Assembly (NCBI GenBank): GCA_964610655.1
Contig: CAZSYG010000001.1
Coordinates: forward strand, 1-50,462
DNA length: 50,462 nucleotides
Reading direction: 5' to 3'
DNA from: an uncultured Candidatus Saccharibacteria bacterium
Lineage (GTDB): Bacteria; Patescibacteriota; Saccharimonadia; Saccharimonadales; Saccharimonadaceae
The position numbers were made by a program, and so were the translations under genes. Below, one piece after another: positions 18,787 to 29,483 of the stretch (position 1 is the stretch's first letter; each line of letters opens with the position of its first letter). The notes under the pieces are model-generated. The model was not told where the DNA came from, searched no databases, and was given only the letters and a program-made list of their open reading frames with translations.

Positions 18787-19518
18787 ATGTCTATTTTCAA
18801 AAAAAATCTCTCGAAAAAAACGAAACTAACCCTTGCTCTCGTCTTTTTTGTTATTTTTCTTCTGACTTTTTATATTATCTGGGACATCAAAACCTCTGGC
18901 CCGCTCACCTCATTCATGACCGACCGCGAAGCCCTTGTCGAAACTGTCGAATCCGTCGGAATTTTCGGCCCCCTCGCCTACATCTTGCTCCAAATCCTCC
19001 AAACCGTCCTCGCCCCGATTCCGGGTGGCGTCATCTCCCCCATCGGCGGCTTTCTCTTTGGCTGGCTCGGCGTTCTCTGGACTTCGATTGGCGCGACCCT
19101 TGGCGCATGGATAGTTTTTTACATTTCCAAAAGATACGGTCGTCGCCTTGTCGAAAAAATCGTCAAAAAAGAAGCCGTCGATAAATTCGATTTTATCCTC
19201 GGTCGTCGCGCCGCTTTGATTCTTTTTCTTCTCTTTTTAATCCCTGGACTCCCCGACGACACAATTTGCTACGTCGGTGGTTTAACGAAAGTCCCCATAA
19301 AAACCCTCCTAGTCATCTTTTTCGTCGGTCGTCTCCCCGCCGTTGTCGTGAATAACTATTTCGGCATGGGATTCAACGAAGGGAACTACCTCGCTCTTGG
19401 AATCTGCACCGCTCTCAGCATCGTCCTGCTCGCCTTTATCTATTGGAAACAAGATTGGATTATCTCCTCTCTGAAGCCTCTAAATAACTCTGAGCCTCCT
19501 AAACCCCCGAAAAAATAG
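18787..19518 (+). CDS. TVP38/TMEM64 (DedA/VTT) family membrane protein
   Basis: LQTVLAPIPG, GFLFG, LFLIPGLPDD..CYVGGLT. Confidence 0.88.
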   Translation: MSIFKKNLSKKTKLTLALVFFVIFLLTFYIIWDIKTSGPLTSFMTDREALVETVESVGIFGPLAYILLQILQTVLAPIPGGVISPIGGFLFGWLGVLWTSIGATLGAWIVFYISKRYGRRLVEKIVKKEAVDKFDFILGRRAALILFLLFLIPGLPDDTICYVGGLTKVPIKTLLVIFFVGRLPAVVVNNYFGMGFNEGNYLALGICTALSIVLLAFIYWKQDWIISSLKPLNNSEPPKPPKK

Positions 19519-19621
19519 CCCCTCTCCTCCTCTCCCTCTTGATTTTTTCTCGATTCTGTGATATAATATAAAGAGGTTTATTTTTGCACCTTTAGAATCA
19601 GTATCAAAGGAGGTAATTTTC

Positions 19622-20179
19622 GTGAGAAAAGTCCTGACCAGAGAAATCGTCGAATCGAAACTCGAAAAGTTTTACGGCGATTTGGAAACCGCGAAGCAAC
19701 AGGTCTTCCGGCTCAACGTTGACTCCATGCGTGGTTTCAACGAAATCGGCAGCTCCGCTTTCAGGGGGTTCGGCAGATTGACCGAGGTAATCATCCCCGA
19801 AGGAATCGAGAAAATCGGCGATTACGCTTTCGCTGAGTGTCCTCGGCTGAAGTTTGTCAAGCTCCCCTCGACTCTCAAGGAAATCGGTGAGCGCGCCTTC
19901 TACCGCTGTCTCCCGCTGTGCGGCGTCGAGTTTCCGGCGGGTCTGGAAAAAATCGGCGACCGCGCGTTTGCCTATACCGACTTCCGCTCCCTCCCCGATC
20001 TCCCCGACAGTTTCCTGAAGAGTCGCAGTCCCTACCTCGAATTTATCTTCAGAAACACTCCCGCCATGATCGAAAACGACTCCAAATTCCTCGCCAAGGT
20101 CTGCCACTGGAACCATTCCCACCATCGTTACTCCCGTCTCCTCAGCTTCGTCCGCCCCATCCGTTCGGCCCATTCCTAA
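19622..20179 (+). CDS. BspA-type leucine-rich repeat (LRR_5) protein
   Basis: Repeats IGSSAF, IPEGIEKIGDYAF, LPSTLKEIGERAF, FPAGLEKIGDRAF; AGGAGG then GTG. Confidence 0.85.
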   Translation: MRKVLTREIVESKLEKFYGDLETAKQQVFRLNVDSMRGFNEIGSSAFRGFGRLTEVIIPEGIEKIGDYAFAECPRLKFVKLPSTLKEIGERAFYRCLPLCGVEFPAGLEKIGDRAFAYTDFRSLPDLPDSFLKSRSPYLEFIFRNTPAMIENDSKFLAKVCHWNHSHHRYSRLLSFVRPIRSAHS

Positions 20180-20191
20180 ATGATACTGACC

Positions 20192-20226
20192 AAAAACCTC
20201 CCCGTAAAAGGGGAGGCTATTTTTTT
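20192..20226. terminator. Bidirectional terminator between the LRR gene and rny
   Basis: AAAAA-CCTCCCC-GTAAAA-GGGGAGG followed by a T-run. Confidence 0.7.
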
Positions 20227-21742
20227 ATTTCGCGTATTCTATCGCTCTTGTCTCTCGAATGACGTTAACCTTGATTACCCCCGGATAGCTCATCGTCGCT
20301 TCGATTTTATTCGCAATATCTCGCGCCAGCTTCAACGCCGTTAAATCATCAATCTGTTTCGGCTCAACAATCACTCTAATCTCTCGCCCCGCGGAAATCG
20401 CATAGGCTTTCTCAATCCCGTTAAAGCTCGTCGCAATATTCTCTAAATCGCGCATTCTTTCCGCGAAGTTCTCCGCCGAAATATTTCTCGCCCCCGGACG
20501 CGCCGCGGAAATCGCGTCGCAGATTTTAACAATAATCGCTTCTGAAGTCGTCGGCTCAATATCATCATGATGTGCCGCCATCGCGTGAACTACCGCGTCG
20601 TTCATACCATATTTCTTCGCCAACTCCGCCCCAATCTCCGCGTGTTTCCCCTCGATTTTATGGGTGACTGCTTTTCCAATATCGTGCAGCAACGTCGCCG
20701 TCTTCGCGACTCGCTTGTCCGCCCCAATCTCTTCCGCGATCATCCCCGCCATATGCGCCATCTCTACGCTATGCAAAAGCACATTCTGTCCATAACTTGT
20801 CCTAAATTTCAACTCCCCCAATAAATGCAACAACTCTCTCGGAATCCCGACCACTCCGACTTCCCTCGCCGCGTCTTCTCCTGCGCGAACGACCTCTTTC
20901 TCAATCTCTCGCTCGGCTTTCGCGACCGACTCCTCGATTGATGCTGGATTTATTCTTCCGTCTTTCATCAACCTCTCTAGCGCGTATCTCGCGACTTGTC
21001 GCCTGATCGGGTCAAAGCTCGACAAAACCACCATCCCCGGCGTATCATCAACCATAATATCTACCCCCGTCGCCCTCTGTAACGCCTGAATGTTTCGCCC
21101 CTCTTTCCCAATAATCCTCCCCTTCATCTCATCATCCGGCAACTTCAACGCCGTAATTGTCCTGTCCGCCGTAACTTCGCTCGACATCCTCTCCATCGCC
21201 GTCAACAAAATCGCCTGCGCCGTCTCGTCAATATCGTGTTTAATCTCTTTCTGTTCTTTCGCGACTAGCCCAACCAAATCCTGTTTGATGTCGTTCTCGG
21301 TCATCATCATCAACTTCTCGCGCGCCTCTTGCTTTGAAAGTCCCGCGATTTTTTCTAGTTTTTCGTGTTGTTTAACTCGAATTTCGCGAATTTCCCCCTT
21401 GAGTTCTTCTAGCTCTTTTTCTTGTTTAGCGACGCGCTCAGTTTTTTTCTCAATCTGGTCGAGTTTCCTATCGAGCGTCGTTTCTCGTTCGGCTAACCTG
21501 TTTTCTGTCCTTTTCCACTCTTTCCTGCGTTCATTTTCTTCCGCCTGCGTCTTTTCGGAAACTTCCGCGGCTTGCTTTTTTGCCTCTAAGACAATATCAC
21601 TCGCCTCGCGCTTCGCCTTGCGGACTAAATCTTCCGCCTTGTCTTTTCCGCCCTTTTCGTTCTTTTTATTGTAAGCTATTACTCCCCCTCCCCCGACCCC
21701 AATTCCAACGATTGCGGCAACAACTAAAACTAAAATGTTCAT
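20225..21742 (-). CDS. rny: Ribonuclease Y
   Basis: N-terminal TM, coiled coil, KH domain (KGRIIGKEGRNI), HD domain (LLHDIGK), ISAARPGAR. Confidence 0.97.
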   Translation of the reverse strand: MNILVLVVAAIVGIGVGGGGVIAYNKKNEKGGKDKAEDLVRKAKREASDIVLEAKKQAAEVSEKTQAEENERRKEWKRTENRLAERETTLDRKLDQIEKKTERVAKQEKELEELKGEIREIRVKQHEKLEKIAGLSKQEAREKLMMMTENDIKQDLVGLVAKEQKEIKHDIDETAQAILLTAMERMSSEVTADRTITALKLPDDEMKGRIIGKEGRNIQALQRATGVDIMVDDTPGMVVLSSFDPIRRQVARYALERLMKDGRINPASIEESVAKAEREIEKEVVRAGEDAAREVGVVGIPRELLHLLGELKFRTSYGQNVLLHSVEMAHMAGMIAEEIGADKRVAKTATLLHDIGKAVTHKIEGKHAEIGAELAKKYGMNDAVVHAMAAHHDDIEPTTSEAIIVKICDAISAARPGARNISAENFAERMRDLENIATSFNGIEKAYAISAGREIRVIVEPKQIDDLTALKLARDIANKIEATMSYPGVIKVNVIRETRAIEYAK

Positions 21743-21831
21743 AAATCGTCTTTCTGTTTAATAAAATATATAAAATTTAATAAAAATCGTATAAAACGTA
21801 TCTAAATTATATCACAATTCTAAAATTACTG

Positions 21832-22182
21832 CTAATTTTTCGCGTCTTCTATCTCTAGATTTTTGATAATTGTTTCGTCTTCTTGGTATAAGAAATATAA
21901 CGCCGCCGCTGCCGAAATCCCCGCAACCGCCAAAAAACTCATCAAAATCGCCAAAACAACCAACCCCGTATTTTTCTTCGGTTTTTGTGCCGCCAAAATC
22001 TCCATCGCCCGTCTTTCCGCTTCCCTCTGGATTTGGAGTTGGCGCAAAGACTCGGTTTCGGCGCGTTTTTTCGCCTCAATCTCCGCCCGCGTTTCCGCAT
22101 AGGAATCGCCCACTTTATTTTTCATTGGCGGAACAATAGTCTGTTCTCTTTTAAAATCTAAAAAGCTCGGTTTATCATTCAT
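21832..22182 (-). CDS. Hypothetical single-pass membrane protein
   Basis: Coiled-coil-like segment plus one TM; same strand as neighbours. Confidence 0.6.
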   Translation of the reverse strand: MNDKPSFLDFKREQTIVPPMKNKVGDSYAETRAEIEAKKRAETESLRQLQIQREAERRAMEILAAQKPKKNTGLVVLAILMSFLAVAGISAAAALYFLYQEDETIIKNLEIEDAKN

Positions 22183-22205
22183 ATACTTCTATTTTAGCAT
22201 AAAAA

Positions 22206-22538
22206 CTATTTTTTAGGACTAGAAATATTTGCTTCTCGCCCATAATCCGGAATCATAATTTTCTTCTTTTCGCCTTTATGATTATAAAGCGGAATCCCTA
22301 ACTGGTCGGCTAAAGTATTTACAATCGCCGCTCCAATCCTCAACCCCGTAAAACTCCCTGGCCCCGAAAAAAACGTAATCTCGGAAATATCTTTAAAATC
22401 CTTCCCGTTTTCCTCTAACTTTTCGTGGATAAATCCGAGCAATTTCTCCGCCATCTCCCTCCCCTCGTTGAACCGATATTCTTTCTCGTCGAGCCTAAGT
22501 ATCGCCTCAAAGTTCGCCGTATCTAAATACATTTTCAT
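22206..22538 (-). CDS. tsaB: Minimal TsaB (t6A biosynthesis)
   Basis: LDTA, GPGSFTGLRIG; ATGA overlap with tsaE. Confidence 0.85.
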   Translation of the reverse strand: MKMYLDTANFEAILRLDEKEYRFNEGREMAEKLLGFIHEKLEENGKDFKDISEITFFSGPGSFTGLRIGAAIVNTLADQLGIPLYNHKGEKKKIMIPDYGREANISSPKK

Positions 22539-22966
22539 TCTAAAATCTCCCTCCCTCCGTCCTCTAGGTAATTTATTTTAATCGTTTTCGTTTCTTTCGG
22601 CAAAATCCCCCTTACACTCTCTCCCCATTCAATCACAACCACCGCATTTTCTTCCCCTAGTGTCTCCTCTAGTTCATTTTTCATCAGCCCGACTTCCTCT
22701 AGCCTATAAAAATCATAATGAACTAGCTCTCCTCCGCGAAATTCTCCCGAACAGGGAATCAAATACCGTTTAGAAATCATAAAACTCGGACTCGTCACCG
22801 GCTCTTTAACCCCCAACCCTTCTGCAATCCCCCGCGTCAGCGTCGTTTTCCCCGCTCCGACGTCCCCGACTAACTCAAAAATAACCGGAAATTTATTTTT
22901 TTCTAAAATTTCTTTCCCCATCTCCCGCCCAAATTCGACCAATTCCTTTTCGCTAGTTATTTTCAT
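22535..22966 (-). CDS. tsaE: TsaE ATPase
   Basis: GDVGAGKTT, VTSPSF, HYDFYRL, VIEW. Confidence 0.93.
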   Translation of the reverse strand: MKITSEKELVEFGREMGKEILEKNKFPVIFELVGDVGAGKTTLTRGIAEGLGVKEPVTSPSFMISKRYLIPCSGEFRGGELVHYDFYRLEEVGLMKNELEETLGEENAVVVIEWGESVRGILPKETKTIKINYLEDGGREILE

Positions 22967-22986
22967 ACATATAATTATACCACATT

Positions 22987-23013
22987 CTAGCACTCTTGCG
23001 TTTTAAGTGCCAA
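22987..23013 (+). promoter_or_regulatory. CIRCE operator upstream of dnaJ
   Basis: CTAGCACTC-N9-AAGTGCCAA. Confidence 0.8.
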
Positions 23014-23031
23014 TTATATATAATAATATAT

Positions 23032-23946
23032 ATGTCAAAACGCGATTATTATGAAGTTTTAGGTGTCGAAAAAAACGCCTCTGATGATGAAATTAAAAAA
23101 GCCTACCGAAAATTAGCGATTAAATACCATCCCGATAAAAATCCGGGCGATAAATCCGCCGAAGAAAAATTCAAAGAAGTTTCCGAAGCCTACGAAGTTT
23201 TGAGCGATAAACAAAAGCGCTCCCGCTATGACCAATTCGGCCACGCTGGCGTTGGCGGCAACGGAAACCCGTTCGGAGCCGGCGGCAATCCTTTCGAGGG
23301 CGGAAACTTTAACTTTAACGGAACGAACTTCAACTTCGACTTCAGTGGTGGCGGTCTCGACGATATTCTCGGGAATCTTTTCGGCTTCGGTGGCGGTCGT
23401 CGTCGCGCCTCTCGTGGCGAAGATTACGAAACTCAAGTAACCATTACCTTTGAAGAGGCTATCTTTGGAACCTCGAAAAAGGTAACCGACCCTTCCTCGA
23501 ATAAAGACATAAAAATCAAAATCCCCGCCGGAATCGACGACGGAATGGCGATTCGTCTCGCCGGAAAAGGCGGCGAAGCTCCCTCTGGCGGCGTGCGTGG
23601 CGACCTCTATGTCCGCATCCGCGTCAAGCCCCATAAACACCTCACCCGTGAGGGAAACATTATTCTCTCCGAAGAAGTCGTCTCAATGGTCGACGCTGCT
23701 CTCGGTTGTGAAATCGACGTCGAAACCGTCGATGGAACCGTTCGGATGAAAGTCCCCGCCGGAACCCAATCCGGAACTCCTTTCCGCCTCTCTGGTCATG
23801 GCGTCCAATTCCGCGCCGACGGCGATCGCGGGCCGCATATCGTCACGATCATCGTCGAAACCCCGAAAAACCTCTCCAAGAAACAAAAAGAGCTTCTCGA
23901 AGAGTTTAAAAACCCGAAAAATAAAAAACGCGGTTTTTGGAACTAG
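23032..23946 (+). CDS. dnaJ: DnaJ-family co-chaperone without zinc finger (class B)
   Basis: J-domain with HPD, G/F-rich region, C-terminal domain, no CxxCxGxG repeats; start MSKRDYY. Confidence 0.9.
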   Translation: MSKRDYYEVLGVEKNASDDEIKKAYRKLAIKYHPDKNPGDKSAEEKFKEVSEAYEVLSDKQKRSRYDQFGHAGVGGNGNPFGAGGNPFEGGNFNFNGTNFNFDFSGGGLDDILGNLFGFGGGRRRASRGEDYETQVTITFEEAIFGTSKKVTDPSSNKDIKIKIPAGIDDGMAIRLAGKGGEAPSGGVRGDLYVRIRVKPHKHLTREGNIILSEEVVSMVDAALGCEIDVETVDGTVRMKVPAGTQSGTPFRLSGHGVQFRADGDRGPHIVTIIVETPKNLSKKQKELLEEFKNPKNKKRGFWN

Positions 23947-24146
23947 AGATACAATTTCCCTAAAACCGCCCCCGAATTATAATCCGTTACCAAAACATCT
24001 ACCCCGTTCGCCGCTTTTTCTAGTCGCGCAATCGCTTTCCCCCGTCGGTCCCTAATTAACCCCTGATTTCGAACCAGCGCGTCGTCTAAAATCCTCCCCC
24101 CTCTTAAATATCCCGCCTCAGCTAACATCTGCTGTAAGAACTCCAT
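23943..24146 (-). CDS. Small hypothetical protein
   Basis: 67-aa ATG ORF filling the gap, with a purine-rich upstream region. Confidence 0.4.
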   Translation of the reverse strand: MEFLQQMLAEAGYLRGGRILDDALVRNQGLIRDRRGKAIARLEKAANGVDVLVTDYNSGAVLGKLYL

Positions 24147-24257
24147 TTTTTAGAACTTTCTTCTCCTATGTTTACTAAATTTCCTTAATTTTACTTGAAA
24201 AACTTAAAATTTCAACCCCCTTGACTATTTACCTTAACCGTGATATAATAAGAGCAT

Positions 24258-24767
24258 ATGTTTAAGAATTTTCAAAAGAGACGTAACCTAGACATCATTG
24301 GCTCAACCGAGCTAGTTTCTCTTGAAAATTTTTCAAACATCCCCGCGAAAATCGATACCGGCGCCGATTCGTCCTCTGTCTGGGCATCAGGAATCAACGT
24401 CGACAAAGATGGCGTTTTGAGTTTCTGTCTTTTTGATAAAGATTCCGAATTTTACACCGGTGAACGTCTTTCGCGCAGAAATTTCCGCGCCCTTGTCGTC
24501 CGTAGTTCTAACGGCGACGAAGAAATCCGTTATCGAACCGAGTTGTCCCTAAAGCTCGGAAAGCGGAAAATTAAAGCCATGTTCACCCTCGCCGACCGCT
24601 CCAAGAACCATTTTCCGATTCTTATCGGCCGCCGAACCCTTAAAAATAAGTTCCTCGTCGATGTTTCTCGTCGCGCCGTCGATAAGGCGAAAAACCCGAA
24701 AACTACGACCCTGAATAAGGAACTTAAAGAAAACCCCTTTAAATTTCATCAAAAATATATAAAATAA
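24258..24767 (+). CDS. RimK-associated retropepsin-like protease
   Basis: AKIDTGADSSS, LADRS, ILIGR; adjacent to rimK. Confidence 0.85.
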   Translation: MFKNFQKRRNLDIIGSTELVSLENFSNIPAKIDTGADSSSVWASGINVDKDGVLSFCLFDKDSEFYTGERLSRRNFRALVVRSSNGDEEIRYRTELSLKLGKRKIKAMFTLADRSKNHFPILIGRRTLKNKFLVDVSRRAVDKAKNPKTTTLNKELKENPFKFHQKYIK

Positions 24768-24794
24768 CCCTATGGGGGATTAAAGGAGAAAATT

Positions 24795-25703
24795 ATGAAT
24801 CTAGCTATTCTCTCTAACGGTAACGCCAACTACTCGACCAAGCGCCTCGTCGAAGAGGCGGAAAAACGCGGTCATAAAGTTAAGGTTGTTAAATATAAAA
24901 ATTGTTATATCTCTCTCGACCAAAAACATCCTGACATCTATTATAAGGGAAAGAAACTTGAAGGTTTTGATGCAATTCTCCCCCGAATCTCTAATAACAT
25001 GACTCGTTACGGTTGCGCTATCGTCCGCCAGTTCGAGATGCAAGGCGTCTGGACTTCCGCGAACTCCGTTTCGATTACTCGCGCCCGCGATAAACTCCGC
25101 GCCGCCCAGATTTTAACGAAATATGGCGTCGATACCCCGAAGACTCTCGTTTCGCGCAACACCGCTGACATCGACGATTTGATTGAACAAATCGGTCTCC
25201 CCGTTATCATTAAGCTCGCGACCGGAACCCATGGCAACGGTGTCATTCTCGCCGATACGAAAAAAGCCGCGAAATCCGCGCTTCAGGCTTTCTACCTCTA
25301 CAACGAAGACGGGACAAACATCCTCCTTCAAGAATACATCAAAGAATCCGCCGGAACTGACATCCGTGCCTTTGTCGTCGGTAGTCGCGTCGTCGCCTCA
25401 ATGCAACGTGCCTCGCTCGACGATGATTTTCGCTCCAACCTTCATCAAGGCGGCGCTGGAACCCCGATTAAACTAACCGACGAAGAAAAGAAAGTTGCCC
25501 TAAAAGCCGCGAAAGCGATGAATCTTCATGTCTGTGGTGTCGACTTAATGCGCTCAAGCCGCGGCCCGCTCGTCCTCGAAGTAAACGCTTCCCCTGGTTT
25601 CGGAATCGAAAAAGTAACCGGAAAGAACGTCGGCGGAAAGATTATCGAATATATTGAACATAACGCCCCGCGTAAAAACTCTAAAGACCGCGTCGGTGCT
25701 TAA
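24795..25703 (+). CDS. rimK: RimK family ATP-grasp ligase
   Basis: YSTKRL, RARDKLR, GTHGNGV, DFRSNLHQGG, EVNASPG. Confidence 0.93.
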   Translation: MNLAILSNGNANYSTKRLVEEAEKRGHKVKVVKYKNCYISLDQKHPDIYYKGKKLEGFDAILPRISNNMTRYGCAIVRQFEMQGVWTSANSVSITRARDKLRAAQILTKYGVDTPKTLVSRNTADIDDLIEQIGLPVIIKLATGTHGNGVILADTKKAAKSALQAFYLYNEDGTNILLQEYIKESAGTDIRAFVVGSRVVASMQRASLDDDFRSNLHQGGAGTPIKLTDEEKKVALKAAKAMNLHVCGVDLMRSSRGPLVLEVNASPGFGIEKVTGKNVGGKIIEYIEHNAPRKNSKDRVGA

Positions 25704-27198
25704 AAGAATCCATCAATCCTCGCTCTTCCTCTCTTTCGTTCTCGGAATTATTTTTGGCACGATTTTCTCGGTTATCTTCCGAATCAACTTTTTCTCCTCC
25801 GCTCTTTGGCTCATTTTCGTCCTCATCTTACTCACATATAGTTTCTTTAATCCCGCTCGCCTCTTTTTGATTCTTATTTTTCTTGCCGGCGGTATTTTAG
25901 CGAATTTTCGCGTCTCGCTTTTTCTAAAAGACGAAGACCCCGTAAAAAACTTAGTTGGCGAATCTCTCGAACTAACCGGTAGAATTTCTGCCGACCCTAG
26001 TCTCTCCGGCGCGAACACAGTTCTAAAATTAACCGACCTAACTTTCTCTTCGTCTAGCTCCGAATTTTCCGAAAAACCTTTAAAATCTCTAATTTATGTC
26101 CAAACTTACGTCCCGAAATCCGAAACCTTAAAGCGCGGTTATTTTATAACCCTAAAAGGAAAATTGACCAACGGCTTCGGCGCTTATTCCGCCTCTCTTT
26201 TTCGCCCCGAGCTCTTAAAAATCTCTCGCCCCTCTGGCGAAACTTTAATCGACTTCCGCGACGCGTTCGCCGACTCCATAAAATCTAACCTCTCCGCCGA
26301 CGAATCTAGCCTCGGTCTCGCCTATCTCCTCGGTCTCCGCAATGGACTTTCCGAAGAACTCGTCGAAATCCTCGCCGCCGTCGGACTTACCCATCTCGTC
26401 GTCGCCTCCGGCACCCACCTCTCCATCCTTATCGAACTGATTAAAAAATTATTCGGTCGCCTTTCCCGTTTTTCCGGTTTTCTCTTTTCGATTTTATTCA
26501 TCTTACTCTTCGCCGAGTTAATTGGTTGGACTGCCTCGATTACTCGCGCCTGTATCGTTTCGCTTCTCTCCCTTTCCGCTTGGTATTCCGGTAGAAAACT
26601 CTCCCCGCTCCGAATCATTTTAATTTCTATGAGCCTAACGCTCCTTCTTGACCCCATGAACTTAACTAACCTCGGTTGGCTCCTATCGTTCGCTAGTTTC
26701 TCCGGAATTTTAATCCTCGCGCCGGCCTTAACTAAATTTTTCTACGAGAAAAAACCAAAATTCCTCTCCGAGATTTTTCTTGCTACTCTCTCCGCGACTT
26801 TAATGACCGCCCCGATTTTACTTTATTATTTCGGTAGTCTCTCGCTCATCTCTCTCCTCGCGAATCTTTTAATCCTCCCAACAGTTTCTCTCGCCATGGG
26901 CTTTACTTTCCTAACTGGAATTTTCGGGCTTCTTCCTGCCTCTAGTTTTCTCGGCGCGCTTCTCTCCCCGCTCAAATTCATCGTTGTAAAAATTACAACA
27001 TTCATCTTGGATTACCATCTCCTCATCATGCGCTTTTTCGGCTCCGAAAAGGTATTTTTAATCACTCTTTCGCCGAACAACCCGCTCGTTTTTCTTCTTT
27101 ATCTCCCGCTCCTGCTTCCGTTCCTCATTCTAGGTCTTAAAAAGTATTTTCATCAAAAATCTCTCCCTTGCCCGACTCCGCGTTATTTTGTCTCTTAG
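25696..27198 (+). CDS. comEC: ComEC/Rec2 competence protein (no beta-lactamase domain)
   Basis: GLTHLVVASGTHL, ASITRA, GWLLSF, ANLL; GTG start assumed. Confidence 0.88.
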   Translation: MLKRIHQSSLFLSFVLGIIFGTIFSVIFRINFFSSALWLIFVLILLTYSFFNPARLFLILIFLAGGILANFRVSLFLKDEDPVKNLVGESLELTGRISADPSLSGANTVLKLTDLTFSSSSSEFSEKPLKSLIYVQTYVPKSETLKRGYFITLKGKLTNGFGAYSASLFRPELLKISRPSGETLIDFRDAFADSIKSNLSADESSLGLAYLLGLRNGLSEELVEILAAVGLTHLVVASGTHLSILIELIKKLFGRLSRFSGFLFSILFILLFAELIGWTASITRACIVSLLSLSAWYSGRKLSPLRIILISMSLTLLLDPMNLTNLGWLLSFASFSGILILAPALTKFFYEKKPKFLSEIFLATLSATLMTAPILLYYFGSLSLISLLANLLILPTVSLAMGFTFLTGIFGLLPASSFLGALLSPLKFIVVKITTFILDYHLLIMRFFGSEKVFLITLSPNNPLVFLLYLPLLLPFLILGLKKYFHQKSLPCPTPRYFVS

Positions 27199-27276
27199 TT
27201 TAGTCGAAAAAACCTCTTTTAAAACCGAAATTTTCTTGTTATGATAGTCTTAGATTATTTAAGAGGTAATATTTAT

Positions 27277-28326
27277 ATGACGACGAAAAAACCGATGGAA
27301 AAAAATGATAAATCCGAATCTAACGCGCGTGCCGATGGAAAGGCTCAGGCTCTAAATCTCGCCATCGCCCAAATTACCAAACAATTCGGCGACGGTTCAA
27401 TCATGAAACTTGGCGACACCAAAAAAATCGACGTCGCTCTTCTTCCTTCCGGCTCTCTTTCGCTCGACCTCGCTCTTGGTGGCGGTTACCCAAGAGGTCG
27501 TATTATCGAAATCTACGGCCCCGAATCTTCCGGAAAAACGACTTTAACTCTCCATGCTATCGCCGAGATGCAAAAATCCGGTGGAACTGCCGCCTTTATC
27601 GACGCGGAGCATGCTCTCGATCCCGCCTACGCGAAACGCATTGGCGTCGATACGAAAAACCTCCTCATCTCCCAGCCCGACAATGGCGAACAGGCTCTCG
27701 AAATCTGTGAAACCCTCGTCCGCTCTGGCGCTGTCGATTTAATCGTTGTTGACTCCGTCGCCGCTCTCGTCCCCCAAGCGGAAATTGACGGCGATATGGG
27801 CGACTCCCAAATGGGTCTCCAAGCCCGCCTGATGTCTCAGGCGATGCGTAAACTAACCGGCATCATCTCGAAATCGAAAGCGACCGTAATTTTCATCAAC
27901 CAAATCCGTATGAAAATCGGTGTCATGTTCGGGAATCCCGAAACAACGACCGGCGGTAACGCTCTAAAATTCTATGCTTCCGTCCGCCTCGACATCCGCC
28001 GCATCGGCCAAATCAAAGACGGCGACAACATCGCCGGCAACCGAACGAAAGTCAAGGTCGTTAAAAATAAAATCGCCGCTCCGTTCCGAACTGCCGAGTT
28101 CGACATTATGTATAACGAAGGAATCTCGAAAGTCGGCGACGTTCTCGACCTCGGTGTCCAATTCGGCATCATCGAAAAAGCCGGCGCATTTCTAAAATAT
28201 AATGGCGAAACCTTGGGCCAAGGCCGCGAAAACGTGAAAAAACTTTTCCGCGAAAAACCGGAACTTATGAAAGAAATCGAAACCAAAGTTCGCGAAAAAG
28301 CCAAAGCCGCGTCCGAAGAAAACTAA
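27277..28326 (+). CDS. recA: RecA
   Basis: [38 protein letters not shown]. Confidence 0.99.
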   Translation: MTTKKPMEKNDKSESNARADGKAQALNLAIAQITKQFGDGSIMKLGDTKKIDVALLPSGSLSLDLALGGGYPRGRIIEIYGPESSGKTTLTLHAIAEMQKSGGTAAFIDAEHALDPAYAKRIGVDTKNLLISQPDNGEQALEICETLVRSGAVDLIVVDSVAALVPQAEIDGDMGDSQMGLQARLMSQAMRKLTGIISKSKATVIFINQIRMKIGVMFGNPETTTGGNALKFYASVRLDIRRIGQIKDGDNIAGNRTKVKVVKNKIAAPFRTAEFDIMYNEGISKVGDVLDLGVQFGIIEKAGAFLKYNGETLGQGRENVKKLFREKPELMKEIETKVREKAKAASEEN

Positions 28327-29001
28327 ATGGGGAAAATTACCGCCCTAAAACCCGCCATAAAAACCGAAAATCGCGTCAATGTTTTTCTTGACCATGAATT
28401 TTCTTTTTCGCTCGACCTTACCCAAGTCGTCGACTTTAGCTTAAAAGTCGGAAAAATTTTAACGCCTGCCGAAATCGAAAAACTAAAACGCGCTTCGATT
28501 TTTGGAAAACTTTATACTTCGACGCTCGAATGGGTTTTAACTCGTCCACACTCGACTAAAGAAACTCGCGACTATCTTCATCGTAAACTTTTTCGCCGCG
28601 CTACACTCAACAAAAAACGCGAGCGCGAAAATCTTTCTCCGTTTGAACTTTTTTCTGAAGAAGATATCGAAAGCGTAATCAAAAAACTAACCGAAAAAAA
28701 TTATCTGAACGATGAAAAATTCGCGAAGTTCTATGTCGAAAATCGTAATTTTAAAAAAGGAATTTCCGCACGCCGCCTTCGCGAAGAGTTAGGAAAAAAG
28801 GGAATCGCTCCCGAAATTATCAATCTCGTTCTCGAAACTTCTGCGCGTAATCAGGAAACAGAAATTGAAAAAGTCATCGAGAAAAAAGGCAAAAAATACA
28901 ACTCTCCCGAAAAACTACTCGCCTATCTCCTCCGCCAAGGTTTTCCCTACGACCTCGCAAAATCTAAAGTTAGCGAACTAAATCTTCCGCCCGCGCTTTA
29001 A
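28327..29001 (+). CDS. recX: RecX
   Basis: Immediately after recA; RPHS..E, YLNDEKFA, YLLRQGF. Confidence 0.88.
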   Translation: MGKITALKPAIKTENRVNVFLDHEFSFSLDLTQVVDFSLKVGKILTPAEIEKLKRASIFGKLYTSTLEWVLTRPHSTKETRDYLHRKLFRRATLNKKRERENLSPFELFSEEDIESVIKKLTEKNYLNDEKFAKFYVENRNFKKGISARRLREELGKKGIAPEIINLVLETSARNQETEIEKVIEKKGKKYNSPEKLLAYLLRQGFPYDLAKSKVSELNLPPAL

Positions 29002-29473
29002 TTTTTTCGTTAAAAATTTCGGTTATTTTTTCCGAAACCATGTTCGCCTGAATTTTTATTTCGTTATATTTTTCCGCGATTTCATTATTGTCTTCGCTCG
29101 TTTTATAAAATTCCAAAAACTCCGCGAATTTATTTTTAAAATTTTCTAACTCAACTTTAACTTTCTCAGCTTTAGTTTCGTTAATTAAACTTTCTAATTT
29201 TCCGATATAATTATTAAACCCTTCTTCGTCCGCTTCTTCCGGAATTTCGTTTAAATTTTCCGAAACTAATTTTAAAAATTCCGTTTTTTCTAAAACCGCC
29301 GCGCTAAGAGCCGTTAATTTTTCTTCGGTTTCAGTTTTAAAACTTTCTCGTCCGTCCTCGACACCTTGATGATAAATAAATTTAGTTCCATAAAACCCGC
29401 CAACAATTAAAACAACCAACAATAAAACTATAATAATTATTTTTCCGTTTTCTTTTTTCTCGTGCTTTTTCAT
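28970..29473 (-). CDS. Membrane-anchored helical hypothetical protein
   Basis: N-terminal TM; GGAGG upstream. Confidence 0.65.
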   Translation of the reverse strand: MKKHEKKENGKIIIIVLLLVVLIVGGFYGTKFIYHQGVEDGRESFKTETEEKLTALSAAVLEKTEFLKLVSENLNEIPEEADEEGFNNYIGKLESLINETKAEKVKVELENFKNKFAEFLEFYKTSEDNNEIAEKYNEIKIQANMVSEKITEIFNEKIKARAEDLVR

Positions 29474-29483
29474 TTTTCCTCCT

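Noticed and set aside
19604-20173. 189-aa minus-strand ORF
   Set aside because: Antisense shadow of the LRR_5 gene.
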